NCBI GenBank assembly: GCA_963776345.1
Contig: CAVZMH010000013.1
Span: 64,001 to 128,000 of the forward strand
DNA: 64,000 nucleotides
Direction of reading: 5' to 3'
Source: an uncultured delta proteobacterium
Lineage (GTDB): Bacteria; Myxococcota; Myxococcia; Myxococcales; Myxococcaceae
How positions within the stretch are numbered: position 1 is the first letter of the stretch; every line of letters starts with the position of its first letter. The position numbers were made by a program, and so were the translations under genes. Below, in pieces: positions 1-12,058 of the stretch. Under the pieces are notes generated by a model. The model made no database searches. It was given only the letters and a program-made list of their open reading frames with translations, and was not told where the DNA came from.

Positions 1-1214
1 AGCAGGCCCGGGCCCAGGTCGCGGCGCTGATCGGCGCTCAGGCGAACGAGATCGTCTTCACCAGCGGCGCCACCGAGTCGGACAACCTGGCGCTCAAGGG
101 CGTGGCCGAGTTCTACCGGGCCAAGGGCGACCACATGGTCACCCTCAAGACCGAGCACAAGGCCATCCTCGACTCCGGCAAGCGGCTGGAGCGCATGCGC
201 CAGGAGCGGCTCGAGGAGCTGAAGCTGCTCCGGCTGATCGAGCTCACCGGCGGCGAGGTGAAGCCCGAGGACGTGGACGCGCTCGTGGCCCAGTACAAGC
301 TGGACCAGGATCCGGTGCTGCAGCGCTGGGCCTCCGTGGTCCGCACCGGCGCCCGGGTCACGTACCTGGACGTGGAGAAGGACGGCCGGGTCAGCCTGGA
401 GAAGCTCGCCGCGGCCATCACCGACCAGACGATCCTCGTCTCGGTGATGCTGGCCAACAACGAGATCGGCACCGTCCAGCCGCTCGAGGAGATCGGCAAG
501 CTCTGCCGCGCGCGGGGGGTGCTGTTCCACACCGACGCGGTGCAGGGCGTGGGCAAGGTCCCCTTCGACGTCGAGTCGATGAAGATCGATCTCGCCTCGG
601 TCACCGCGCACAAGATCTACGGCCCCAAGGGCATCGGCGCGCTGTACGTGCGCCGGAAGCCGAGGGTGCGCCTCGCGCCGATCATCGACGGGGGCGGCCA
701 CGAGCGGGGCATGCGCTCGGGCACCCTGAACGTGGCCGGCATCGTGGGCTTCGGAAAGGCGGCGGAGATCGCCCGGACGGAGATGGCGGCCGAGTCGGCC
801 CGCATCCTCGCGCTCCGGGAGCGCCTCCGGGCCAAGCTGACGTCCGAGCTGGACATGGTGATCCTGAACGGCTCCCTCGAGCACCGGCTGCCGGGGAACC
901 TGAACGTGTCCTTCGCCTACGTCGAGGGCGAGGCCCTGATGATGGCCATCAAGGACGTGGCGGTGAGCTCGGGGAGCGCCTGCACCTCGGCCTCGCTCGA
1001 GCCCTCCTACGTGCTCCGGGCCCTGGGAGTGGAGGAGGACATGGCGCACTCCTCGATCCGCTTCGGGCTCGGCCGCTTCAACACCGAGGCCCAGGTGGAC
1101 ACGGTGGCGCGGTTGGTGGTGGACAAGGTGAGGAAGCTGCGCGAGATGAGTCCCCTCTACGAGATGGCCCGCGAGGGCGTGGACCTCAAGTCCATCGCCT
1201 GGTCGGCGCATTAA
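1..1214 (+). CDS. iscS: Cysteine desulfurase IscS (5' end outside window)
   Basis: Frame is open from the window edge ([10 protein letters not shown]). Motifs [16 protein letters not shown] (PLP Lys), SSGSACTS (catalytic Cys) and C-terminal SPLYEM...WSAH; followed by iscU. Confidence 0.97.
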   Translation, partial: QARAQVAALIGAQANEIVFTSGATESDNLALKGVAEFYRAKGDHMVTLKTEHKAILDSGKRLERMRQERLEELKLLRLIELTGGEVKPEDVDALVAQYKLDQDPVLQRWASVVRTGARVTYLDVEKDGRVSLEKLAAAITDQTILVSVMLANNEIGTVQPLEEIGKLCRARGVLFHTDAVQGVGKVPFDVESMKIDLASVTAHKIYGPKGIGALYVRRKPRVRLAPIIDGGGHERGMRSGTLNVAGIVGFGKAAEIARTEMAAESARILALRERLRAKLTSELDMVILNGSLEHRLPGNLNVSFAYVEGEALMMAIKDVAVSSGSACTSASLEPSYVLRALGVEEDMAHSSIRFGLGRFNTEAQVDTVARLVVDKVRKLREMSPLYEMAREGVDLKSIAWSAH

Positions 1215-1225
1215 AGGACGTCGCC

Positions 1226-1636
1226 ATGGCCTACAGCGAGAAGGTCGTCGAGCACTACGAGAACCCCCGGAACGTGGGAACGCTGGACAAGAGCGATCCC
1301 AACGTGGGCACCGGTCTGGTCGGCGCTCCGGCCTGCGGCGACGTGATGCGGCTGCAGCTCCGCATCTCCGACGATGGTGTGATCCAGGACGCGAAGTTCA
1401 AGACCTTCGGCTGTGGCTCGGCGATCGCGTCCAGCTCGCTGGTCACCGAGTGGGTGAAGGGAAAGACGGTGGACGAGGCGACGCAGATCACCAACAAGGA
1501 GATCGCCAAGGAGCTGTCGCTTCCGCCGGTGAAGATCCACTGCTCGGTGCTGGCCGAGGACGCGATCAAGGCCGCCATCGAGGACTTCAAGAAGAAGCGC
1601 GCCGAGCGTCAGGCGGCAACCAGCCTCTCGAGTTGA
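1226..1636 (+). CDS. iscU: Fe-S scaffold IscU
   Basis: MAYSEKVVEHYENPRNVG, APACGDVM, KTFGCGSA, LPPVKIHC. Confidence 0.98.
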   Translation: MAYSEKVVEHYENPRNVGTLDKSDPNVGTGLVGAPACGDVMRLQLRISDDGVIQDAKFKTFGCGSAIASSSLVTEWVKGKTVDEATQITNKEIAKELSLPPVKIHCSVLAEDAIKAAIEDFKKKRAERQAATSLSS

Positions 1637-2013
1637 TGACCGCTCCCGCCCAGAACACCGCGCCGGCTGCTCCCCGCCCTTCCCTGCGGACCTTCTCGGT
1701 CTCCGAGGGGGCGGCGGCGCGGATCAAGATCCTCCTTGCCCAGCGGAACACGCCGGACGCGGGGCTACGGGTGGCGGTGCGCGGCGGCGGCTGCTCCGGC
1801 CTGTCCTACGCGATCGAGTGGGCCGAGGCCCCGCGGGAGCGCGACAAGATCTTCGAGAAGGACGGGATCCGCGTGTTCGTGGACCCCAAGAGCTACCTGT
1901 ACCTCATGGGCTCCGAGCTCCGGTACGAGGAGACGCTCATGGCCTCCGGCTTCAAGCTGGAGAACCCCAACGTGAAGACCGCCTGCGGGTGCGGCGAGAG
2001 CTTCACCGTCTAG
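1636..2013 (+). CDS. iscA: A-type Fe-S carrier IscA
   Basis: ATG at 1636 overlaps the iscU stop (TGATG); GGGCSG and C-terminal CGCGESF. Confidence 0.95.
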   Translation: MTAPAQNTAPAAPRPSLRTFSVSEGAAARIKILLAQRNTPDAGLRVAVRGGGCSGLSYAIEWAEAPRERDKIFEKDGIRVFVDPKSYLYLMGSELRYEETLMASGFKLENPNVKTACGCGESFTV

Positions 2014-2024
2014 GGGCGACGGTC

Positions 2025-2645
2025 GTGCGCTGCTGGAACTGCGAGGTGGAGGTGGCGGGCGCCGACGTCTGTCCGAGCTGCGGAAAGGTGCAGCCTGTCG
2101 CGCCGGGCACCACGCTCTTCGACGTGCTCGGGCTCCCGCGCGGCGTGGAGGTGGACAGGGCCGAGCTGGAGCGCGCGTACCGGGAGCGGTCGCTGCGCCT
2201 GCACCCGGACCGCGCCGGGAAGGACGGCGCACGGGAGCGGCGGCTGGCCCTGGAGCGGACGGCGCTGCTCAACGAGGCCTACCGGACGCTGCGCGCGCCC
2301 GAGCCGCGCGCGTTCTACCTCCTCAAGCTCCACGGCCTGGACCTCCTCAAGGACGAGGCCCGGGCGGTGACCGTGCCTCCCCATCTGCTGGAGGAGGTGC
2401 TCGAGCTGCGCGAGCAGCTGGACAGCGCCCGGACCGCCGGGGACGACCATCAGATAGACGCCCTCTCCGACCGGGTGCGGGTCCAGTCGGCGACGGCGCT
2501 CTCGGCGGCGCAGACCGCGCTCCGGCGGCTGGAGCGTGACCCCTCGGACGGTTCGGCGCGCGACGAGGCGGCCCAGGCGCTCGCCCGGCTCCGCTACCAC
2601 CGCCGGTTCCTCGAGGCGGCCGAGAGCGGCGAGGAGGATGCGTAG
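2025..2645 (+). CDS. hscB: Co-chaperone HscB with N-terminal tetracysteine motif
   Basis: GTG at 2025; CWNC...CPSC, J-domain HPD (LHPDR), LNEAYRTL; lies between iscA and hscA. Confidence 0.9.
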   Translation: MRCWNCEVEVAGADVCPSCGKVQPVAPGTTLFDVLGLPRGVEVDRAELERAYRERSLRLHPDRAGKDGARERRLALERTALLNEAYRTLRAPEPRAFYLLKLHGLDLLKDEARAVTVPPHLLEEVLELREQLDSARTAGDDHQIDALSDRVRVQSATALSAAQTALRRLERDPSDGSARDEAAQALARLRYHRRFLEAAESGEEDA

Positions 2646-2647
2646 CC

Positions 2648-4495
<1,848 letters not shown>

Positions 4496-4531
4496 AGTGC
4501 TCCGAGTCACCACACCCCGGTCGGAGCACTG

Positions 4532-4909
4532 ATGCCTCGGGTTCGCTTCCGGAGCCCCTTCGACGAGGTGATGATCGAGGTCCCGGAGGGGACCAGCCTG
4601 CTCGAGGCCGCCGAGCAGTGCGGAGCCACGGTGGGTCACGCCTGCGGCGGGGTCTGCGCCTGCTCGACGTGCCACGTCTGGGTGCGTCGTGGGCTGGACT
4701 CGCTCTCCGAGCAGGAGGACCCGGAGGCGGACCGGCTGGACCAGGCCTTCGACGTCCGGGCCAACTCGCGCCTCGCCTGCCAGTCACTCCTCGGCAGCGA
4801 GGACGTGGACGTGGAGATCACCCAGGAGTCGCTCCAGGCCTTCCTCGACGAGAATCCGGAGCTCCGGCACCGGCTCGAGGCCGAGGGGAAGTGGCCCTTG
4901 AAACGGTAG
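4532..4909 (+). CDS. fdx: ISC-type [2Fe-2S] ferredoxin
   Basis: HACGGVCACSTCHV and SRLACQ; directly after hscA. Confidence 0.95.
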   Translation: MPRVRFRSPFDEVMIEVPEGTSLLEAAEQCGATVGHACGGVCACSTCHVWVRRGLDSLSEQEDPEADRLDQAFDVRANSRLACQSLLGSEDVDVEITQESLQAFLDENPELRHRLEAEGKWPLKR

Positions 4910-4926
4910 GCTCCTCCTCCTATAAG
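4898..4926 (+). promoter_or_regulatory. Sigma70-type promoter for tRNA-Leu
   Basis: TTGAAA (4898-4903), 17-bp spacer, TATAAG (4921-4926), then a GC-rich discriminator, 15 bp before the tRNA. Confidence 0.75.
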
Positions 4927-4941
4927 GCCCGCCTCCGCACC

Positions 4942-5023
4942 GCCCAGGTGGTGGAATTGGTAGACACACTAGATTCAGGGTCTAGCGCCGCGAGGCATGG
5001 AGGTTCGAGTCCTCTCCTGGGCA
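4942..5023 (+). tRNA. tRNA-Leu (anticodon CAG)
   Basis: Acceptor stem GCCCAGG/CCTGGGC, D-loop GGAATTGGTAGAC, anticodon arm CTAGA-TTCAGGG-TCTAG, long variable arm, T-loop GGTTCGAGTCC; CCA not encoded. Confidence 0.97.
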
Positions 5024-5079
5024 CAGCAGCACCCGTGAGGTGACATCCCCCGGGAGCCGCGCCAGGGGGCTGGTGCGCC

Positions 5080-6441
5080 TCAGTGGCTTCCGCGGCCGGT
5101 GACCACCGCGGGCACGGTCTTCAGCAAGAGCCCGATGTCCTGACCGACGCTCGAGTGATCGATGTACTGGAGGTCCAGGTACATCCAGTCCTCGAAGGCG
5201 ACCTCGTTCCGTCCGCTGACCTGCCAGAGGCAGGTGAGGCCCGGAGGGACGGAGAGCCGGCGGCGCTGCCACGGCTCGTACTGCGCCACCTCCTGCGGCA
5301 CCGGCGGGCGCGGGCCGACCAGGGTCATGTCGCCGCGGAGCACGTTCACCAGCTGCGGCAGCTCGTCGATGCTGTACTTGCGGAGGATGCGCCCCAGCGG
5401 CGTCACCCGCGGGTCGCCCTTGATCTTGAAGACCGGCCCCTTCTGCTCGTTCTGCGCGGCGAGCGTGGCCTTCAGCGCCTCGGCGTTGACCACCATGGAG
5501 CGGAACTTCAGCATGTGGAACTTCTTGCCGTGCAGCCCCACCCGCACCTGCCGGAAGAAGACCGTCCCCGGCGAGGTGAGCTTCACCAGCGCCGCGACGA
5601 TCAGAAGGAAGGGGAAGAGCACCCACAGCGCGGCCGCCGAACCGGCGATGTCCAGGAGCCGCTTCACCACCCGGTACTCGGGCTTCACCGAGCCGGTCAC
5701 GTAGTGGAGGAAGCCGTCCTCCACCGCCTTGGTCGCCACCGGCTGCGCCCGACCCAGCCGGACGCTGTACGCCGGCAGCGCGAACGGCACGCCGAAGGTC
5801 TCGCAGGTGCCCACCGCGGCCTGGAGCGAGCGGGCCTGGGTGTGCGGGAGCCCGCAGAGGTAGACCTCGTCGAGCACCTCGCGCTGGAGCACCGCCGGCA
5901 GCTCGCTCGCCTCGCCGAGGTAACGACCCTGCAGCGGCGCGGGGACGCTCTCGCCCGGCCAGCTCAGGTAGCTGCACTGCGCGCGGCGGCGGCCGAGGTC
6001 CTCGCCGGTGATGCGGCCGAGCGGACCGGTGCCCAGGATGAGCACCTGCCGCGGGGGGCGCATGCGCGCGCGCACGAAGGCGAACACGGTCATCCGGAGG
6101 AGGACCTGGATGGGCAGCGCGACCGCGAGCATCGTCCGCAAGTCCGGCGCGTCGAACGGGACGAGTGCGCCTCCCAGCGCGAGCACCGTCGCCACCGAGA
6201 GGAGGATGATCAGCGTGTGGAGCACCTCCTCCCACGGCGCGCGATGCCCGTTGTGCGCGTAGTGGTGCGCGACCGAGCTCGTGCTCCAGAACACGCCCAG
6301 GGCGCAGATCGTCCACCCGAGCCTCGTGGTCCACGGCCCGTGAGTGGCCATCACCATGCTCGCCGCGAGGACCGCGAGATCCACCGCCAGCCCGAACTTC
6401 CCCGCCCGGGTTGGTGCAAAACGCTGAATGCTGATTGCCAC
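5080..6441 (-). CDS. Polyprenyl-phosphate sugar-1-phosphate (priming) transferase, WcaJ/WbaP family
   Basis: N-terminal TM helices, then KRLLDI, KFRSM, DPRVT, SIDELPQL, LVGPRP and PGLTCLWQV. Confidence 0.93.
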   Translation of the reverse strand: MAISIQRFAPTRAGKFGLAVDLAVLAASMVMATHGPWTTRLGWTICALGVFWSTSSVAHHYAHNGHRAPWEEVLHTLIILLSVATVLALGGALVPFDAPDLRTMLAVALPIQVLLRMTVFAFVRARMRPPRQVLILGTGPLGRITGEDLGRRRAQCSYLSWPGESVPAPLQGRYLGEASELPAVLQREVLDEVYLCGLPHTQARSLQAAVGTCETFGVPFALPAYSVRLGRAQPVATKAVEDGFLHYVTGSVKPEYRVVKRLLDIAGSAAALWVLFPFLLIVAALVKLTSPGTVFFRQVRVGLHGKKFHMLKFRSMVVNAEALKATLAAQNEQKGPVFKIKGDPRVTPLGRILRKYSIDELPQLVNVLRGDMTLVGPRPPVPQEVAQYEPWQRRRLSVPPGLTCLWQVSGRNEVAFEDWMYLDLQYIDHSSVGQDIGLLLKTVPAVVTGRGSH

Positions 6442-6612
6442 CGACGGTTCCCCTGCACGCGCTCGAGCGCCGCGCGTCCCACCGAGTCACTCCCTCGACG
6501 ACGCGGGAGTCTCTTGCACCACGGGGTCGCACACTAACGCTTTCTGTGTGAACTCCGCATGAGGCCTCCCACACCCACCGGGTCACGAATGAACCGCTGT
6601 CCCGATGGACAT

Positions 6613-7362
6613 TCAGCCGCTGGACCGCGGACGGAGCCAGTCGCGCGCGACGATGCCGAGGAACGCGGGGTCGTTCACCAGGTAGCGGCGCCAGAGCCGG
6701 CGTGGCTCACGTCCCAGACGGTAGGCCCACTCCAGCCCGGCACGGGCCATCCAGGTCGGGGCACGTGGAATCCGCCCGGCCAGGAAATCGATGACCGCTC
6801 CGCACGCGAGCCCCACCGTCCCGGGAAGCGTCTCCCGCGCCCGGTCGATGAAGAGCTCCTGCTTCGGAGACCCGAGCCCCACCAGGAGCAGCTGAGGCGC
6901 CGCCAGGCGGAGACGGTCCAGGGATTCGGACGGGGCCACCCCCTCGGCCGTCACCCGGGGCGAATCCGTGGCGACGACGTCCACACCCCGGTCGCGGAGC
7001 ACCCGCTCTGCAATCTCGGCGGAATCCCCGCTCCCGCCGAAGAGGGCCACCCGCCAGCGCCGGTCGGCGGCCCGCTCGAGCAAGGGGCCCGCGAGATCCG
7101 AGCCCGCCACCCGCTCCGGGAGCGCGGGGCCCCGGAGGCGGGAGGCCCAGACCAGGGGCATCCCGTCGGCGAGGCAGAGGTCCGCCCGGGCATAGGCGGC
7201 GGCGAAGGCGGGCGACCGCTCGGCGTTGACCACGTGATCCACGTTCGGGGTGAAGACGCTGCCCCCCTTCCCGGCGGCGACCAGCTGCTCGATCCGGTCG
7301 ATGGCCTCATCCAGCCGCACCACGTCCGCCGAGAGCCGTCCGATGTGAAAGCGCGCGCTCAT
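6613..7362 (-). CDS. WecB/TagA/CpsF family glycosyltransferase (GT26)
   Basis: Start ATG 7362 (MSARFHIG); TPNVDH, ADGMPLVW, ERVAGSD, GLGSPKQE, GLEWAYRL, RLWRRY. Confidence 0.92.
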   Translation of the reverse strand: MSARFHIGRLSADVVRLDEAIDRIEQLVAAGKGGSVFTPNVDHVVNAERSPAFAAAYARADLCLADGMPLVWASRLRGPALPERVAGSDLAGPLLERAADRRWRVALFGGSGDSAEIAERVLRDRGVDVVATDSPRVTAEGVAPSESLDRLRLAAPQLLLVGLGSPKQELFIDRARETLPGTVGLACGAVIDFLAGRIPRAPTWMARAGLEWAYRLGREPRRLWRRYLVNDPAFLGIVARDWLRPRSSG

Positions 7363-7539
7363 CCCTCTGGATCTCCTGCTCTTTCCACGTCCGGGCGCCG
7401 GCGTGCATGAGTCGAGAATGACTCGCGCCGGCAGTCCGTTCGAGGTTTGCCCGGTCCGAGCGGCGCATGCTACGTCCCGCCGCGCATCGGAGCCCCCCGT
7501 CCCGGGTGGAGCTCCACCGAGGAGGAAACGCTCCCCACG

Positions 7540-8145
7540 ATGAGAACGCCTCTGCGCCGTGCACTCGCTCCGGCCGTCATCGCGACAGCGCTCGCCGGCT
7601 GTGCCAGCACCTCGGGCTCGTTCGTCTGGGCAGGCGACTACCAGGAACCCCCTGTTCCCGAGCAGGCGGGCTACATCATCCAGCCGGGGGACGTGCTGCA
7701 GATCCGCGTCTTCAACCAGCCGGACATGTCCGCCCGGGCCAGGGTGCGCGAGGACGGGAAGGTGTCCGTGCCCTTCCTCAACGACGTGGTGGCGGCAGGG
7801 AGCACGCCGACCGAGCTCGCCAAGGCGCTGCAGCAGCGCCTCAAGGAATTCATGAACGCCCCGGTGGTCACCATCTCCCTCGAGGAGGCCCGGCCCTTCT
7901 CGGTCGCGGTGATGGGTGAGGTGAGCAAGCCCGGCGTCTATCCGGTTCCGCAGAACTCCGGGGTGATGCAGGCCCTGGCCGCGGCCGGAGGATTCACCGC
8001 GTACGCCTCGCGAGACAAGATCTTCGTCCTCCGCGAGAAGCCCAGCCGGGCGCGCGTCCGCTTCACCTACGACGACCTGGGCCAGGCCGAGGGGAAGGCG
8101 GCCACCTTCCGGCTGCGTGCCGGCGACACCGTCCTGGTCGAGTAG
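7540..8145 (+). CDS. Short OPX/Wza-family polysaccharide export lipoprotein (201 aa)
   Basis: Lipobox LAGC; YIIQPGDVLQI, DGKVSVP, VMGEVSKPG, AGGFT; ends at LRAGDTVLVE with no C-terminal outer-membrane helix. Confidence 0.9.
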   Translation: MRTPLRRALAPAVIATALAGCASTSGSFVWAGDYQEPPVPEQAGYIIQPGDVLQIRVFNQPDMSARARVREDGKVSVPFLNDVVAAGSTPTELAKALQQRLKEFMNAPVVTISLEEARPFSVAVMGEVSKPGVYPVPQNSGVMQALAAAGGFTAYASRDKIFVLREKPSRARVRFTYDDLGQAEGKAATFRLRAGDTVLVE

Positions 8146-8156
8146 GCGGCGAGGAC

Positions 8157-9460
8157 ATGCTCGCGGTCTCGGCCTCGCTGCTACTGGCGTTCGTCCTCGG
8201 CGCCGAGGGTGACGAGCAGGATGAGCGGTCGGCGACGCCTCAGGTCGCCGCCGACGGCACGACCGTCGCGCCACCCCCCAGCCCCACCCAGGGCACGCTG
8301 GGGGTGCGGGCCGAGCTGCGCTCCGGGCATCCGCTGGACTCGCTGGCGATCACCGCCAACCCCGACGCGGCGACGACCGATCTGGAGATCAACCCGCTCG
8401 CCGCCGCCAAGCTCACCTTCCGCACCGGGACCTTCTCCGCGGCCTACGAGCCGCGCATCTTCGTCATCGCCAGCCAGGCCGACAAGAAGGTCTACTACCT
8501 CCACCGCGGCCGGCTGAGCTTCGACATCAAGCCGGCGCCGCGGTGGCAGGTCTACCTCAACAGCCGCGGCTCGTTCGGGGAGTACGACTTCGACCCGCTG
8601 AGCGGGCTGCAGGGCACCCAGCCGGGGACGGGACTCCCGACGAGCCCCGGCGGATCGGGCCCACCGGCGCCTCCGGTGCTCGGCACCACGCCCAGCACGC
8701 GCTTCGTCAACGTGCTCGACTTCCAGGCCAGCGCGGGATTCGTCTACTCCATCACCTCCACCTGGCAGTGGATCGCCTCGGCAGGCTACATCGCCACCGG
8801 CGGGGCCGATGCCGCCGCCCAGGCCTTCGTCCCGCTCCAGCGTGGACCCATCGCCGCCACCGGTCCGCGCTGGTACCTCTCGCGCCACGACTCGCTCCTG
8901 GCCCTGGTCGACGTCTTCGCATGTCCGGTTCACCAACGGACCCATCTCCACCCTGGTGAACCTCACCGCCAACTGGACCCACGTCTGGGTCCCGGGCCTG
9001 GAGACGGACCTGCTCGGTGGCGTCGGCGTGTACCACTCCTACAACGTTCCCCTCACGCCACCGAAGTCCGACCTGCTGCCGGTGGCGGGGTTCTCCCTCC
9101 GTCACACCCTCAACGGTCGCCGGATCCGGTGGCGGAACGACATCCAGGCCGTGGCCGCCCCAGCGCCGGACCTGATCGGGGGGACGGTCGCCGAGCGCCT
9201 CCGCGGGCTGCTCATCACCGCCCTCACGGTGCACGAGCGGTTGAGCTTCACCTTCACGGGTGAGGTCGGCCAGACCCTGAGCGTCGCGCAGCGTGACGCG
9301 CGGCTGGAGGGTAAGATGGCCTACGCGTTCGCGCCGCAGCTGGCGGTGGCGATCGGCGGACGCGCGGCGTGGCTCGAGGGCTACAACCTGCCCGGCAGAC
9401 AAGGACTTCGGCTGGCTGGGGTTCCTCACCATCGCCACGTACCTGGGAAACGCGCTGTGA
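8157..9460 (+). CDS. Probable outer-membrane beta-barrel partner of the OPX; two +1 frameshifts (~8916, ~9391)
   Basis: Signal peptide and alternating aromatic/hydrophobic strands. The frame continues as SHVRFTNGP..., then DKDFGWLGFLTIATYLGNAL*, after removing single duplicated bases. Confidence 0.65.
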
Positions 9461-9554
9461 GCGAGGCGCTTGCTGGGACATTGAAACCGCGGCCATCGCT
9501 TGAGTCGCGTTCACGAACTGGTGTCTGCTGATGCCCCCGAGCACAGAGGAACGG

Positions 9555-9956
9555 ATGCCTTCCCCTCGCAAGGTCCTCGTCGTCGAGGACCACCCCGACG
9601 CGCGCGCGCTGGTCCGCACCTATCTCCTGGCGATGGGGCTGGAGGTGATCGACGTCGCCGAGGGCCGGTCGGCCATCCGCGCTCTGGAGAAGACCCATCC
9701 GGACCTGGTCTGCCTGGACCTGATGCTGCCGGAGCTGAGCGGGTTCGAGGTCTGCGAGTTCATGCGCTCGCGCGCCGAGTTCCGCGACGTGCCGATCCTG
9801 GTGATGAGCGCCCGCGCCAAGCCGATGGACCGCGCCTTCGCCGAGGAGGTGGGCGCCACCGCGTATCTGGTCAAGCCCTTCAAGCGCAGCGAGTTCAGCC
9901 GCGCGGTCAACGTCTGCATGGGGCGCCTGGAGCGGAACGGCCAGGAGGGCCGATGA
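9555..9956 (+). CDS. Single-domain response regulator
   Basis: GAGGA RBS; KVLVVEDH, LDLMLPELSG, MSA, VKPF; stop overlaps the next ATG. Confidence 0.92.
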   Translation: MPSPRKVLVVEDHPDARALVRTYLLAMGLEVIDVAEGRSAIRALEKTHPDLVCLDLMLPELSGFEVCEFMRSRAEFRDVPILVMSARAKPMDRAFAEEVGATAYLVKPFKRSEFSRAVNVCMGRLERNGQEGR

Positions 9957-11540
9957 GCGCAGACGAGGTCCAGCCGCCGGCCGAGTCGCCGGACGAGTTC
10001 CAGCTGATCGACCTGCAGCTCTTGCGGCACCATGCCGGGTTCGTCCTCCGTTCGGTGCGGAGGCGCAAGGTGGCTCGCCGGCTTCGCCTTCCTCCTGGTC
10101 CTGGGCATCACCGGCGGGGTGCTCGCGGTGCTGCCCCGGACCTACCGCGTCGAGACGCAGCTCCTCGCCCAGAAGAACTCGCTCATGCCCGCGCTCGGGA
10201 ATCCGGGCCGGACGGTGCCCTCGGACGCCGACGCCCCCACCCGCGCCGCGCACGAGGCGGTCCTCCGTCGCGACAACCTGGTCTCGCTGATGAAGCAGAC
10301 CGACCTGATGAACCGCTGGGAGACCACCCGCCCGCGCCTCCTGCGGATCAAGGACTGGGTGATCGACACCTTCGGGCCCACTCGCACCGACGAGGAGCGG
10401 CTCCAGTCGATGATCGAGTACCTGGAGAAGCAGGTCTGGGTCACCACCACCGACGACACCGTGAGCATGGGCATCGACTGGCCCGACGCCGAGCAGGCCT
10501 ACCGGCTGGTGGACGCCGCGCAGCAGAACTTCCTCGAGCAGCGGCACCAGGTCGAGGTCTCGGCCATCGCCGAGACCATCTCCATCCTCGAGGGGCATGC
10601 GCAGAACCTGAAGGAATCCATCGACCAGGCCATGGACGACCTCACCCGGGCCGAGGCGGCGAAGTCCAAGGGACGGGGCATCCTCGCGATGCCCCTGCCC
10701 GTCCGGCGGGACCCGGCGTACGACGCGCAGCGGGCCCAGGCCTCCGAGATGAGGGTGATGCTCGACAGCAAGCGCCAGGCGATCAAGGAGCTCGAGGAGT
10801 TCCGGCGCCGGCGCCTGGCCGAGCTCCAGGTCGAGCTGGCCCAGCAGCGCGCCGTCTACTCCGACGTCCACCCCGCGGTGGCGAAGGTCCTCCAGAGCAT
10901 CGCCGCCCTCCAGAAGGACTCGCCCCAGCTCCTGGCGCTGCGCCAGGACGAGCGCCAGCTGATCTCCGAGTACGAGAAGGTGGCGCGGGTGCCCGCCCCG
11001 GCGACCGCCCCGGGGGCCTCGTCAGCCACGCCCGGGGGCGCGCGCAGGCCGGCCACCGGCAGCCCGGAGGAGACCAGCGCCGAGCTGGCGCGGACCCGGC
11101 TCCGCTTCGCGATGGCCAAGTACGACTCCCTGCTCGAGCGCATCGACAGCGCGAAGATCGAGCTCGACACCGCGCGCGCGGCCTTCAAGTACCGCTACAG
11201 CACCATCCGGCCGCCGCTCTTCCCCAAGCACCCCAGCAAGCCCAACATCCCGCTGGTGCTCGCGGCGGGGCTCATGGTCGCCGTGCTCTCGATGTTCGGG
11301 GCCGCCAGCCTCGCCGACCTGCACTCGCGTCGGGTGCTCGAGCCCTGGCAGATCGAGCGCCTGCTCCAGCTGCCCATCCTCGGCGCGTTGCCGCCGAAGA
11401 CGCCCATGCTCATCCCCGAGCAGGCGCCGGTCCAGACCCCGGCCCAGACGCCGGTCCCGGCCCAGGCCTCCGCCCCCGCGGAGCCGGAGCCCTCGCCGCC
11501 CGCGGAACCCGAGCCGGCGCGGGCAGCGGGGCACGCCTAG
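9953..11540 (+). CDS. Polysaccharide co-polymerase (Wzc/PCP-2 membrane-periplasmic part) copy 1; +1 frameshift ~10070
   Basis: ATG 9953 (MSADEVQ..LIDLQLL), TM1 then PRTYRVET, coiled-coil, YSDVHPAV, PLFPKHPSKP, TM2, LQLPILG and a Pro/Ala tail. Confidence 0.8.
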
Positions 11541-11554
11541 GAGCCACAGCGGCG

Positions 11555-12058
11555 ATGAGCGGACCCACCTTCAAGCTGGCCGAGGAGCTGCCCGAGAACG
11601 CCTCGTACTGGGGCGGACCCCCGCCGCTCGAGGTGCAGCAGCTCTGGTTCTCGCTGCAGCGCAGGGAGTGGTCGACCCTGGTGGTCGTGCCGGCGGGACC
11701 GGAGAGCTCGGGCATGGACTTCGGCCGGCCGCTCTACGAGGTGGGTCGCCTGGCGCTGGGTGAGCGGCTCCGGCTGCTCGATGCCCGGGAGGTCCAGGTG
11801 AGCGGGACGGCCGGGGTCATCCTCGACATGCTCGGGACCAACCCCGCCCGTCCGGCCTCGACGGAGTGGAGCGAGCGGGTGCTGGTGGTGGTCGAGTCCA
11901 TCGTCTCGCACCCCGCCGGCATCCCCCTCGCCCTGGCCGCGGATGCCGCGGTGCTGGGGGTGGAGCTCGGACGCTCGTCCATCGACTCGGCACACCGCAC
12001 GCTCGACACGGTCGGACGGACGAAGTTCCTGGGTTGTCTCACCCTCCCTGCGGCATGA
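11555..12058 (+). CDS. Stand-alone degenerate BY-kinase-like (pseudokinase) protein copy 1
   Basis: Follows the PCP; LWFSL..WSTLVVVPA, RLLDA, VLVVVES, AADAAVL, FLGCL match the CpsD/MinD-like strand pattern, but there is no GK[S/T] Walker A. Confidence 0.6.
   Translation: MSGPTFKLAEELPENASYWGGPPPLEVQQLWFSLQRREWSTLVVVPAGPESSGMDFGRPLYEVGRLALGERLRLLDAREVQVSGTAGVILDMLGTNPARPASTEWSERVLVVVESIVSHPAGIPLALAADAAVLGVELGRSSIDSAHRTLDTVGRTKFLGCLTLPAA

Noticed and set aside
195..344. Intein in IscS
   Set aside because: Too short, and lacks the N-terminal C/S and C-terminal HN splice residues.
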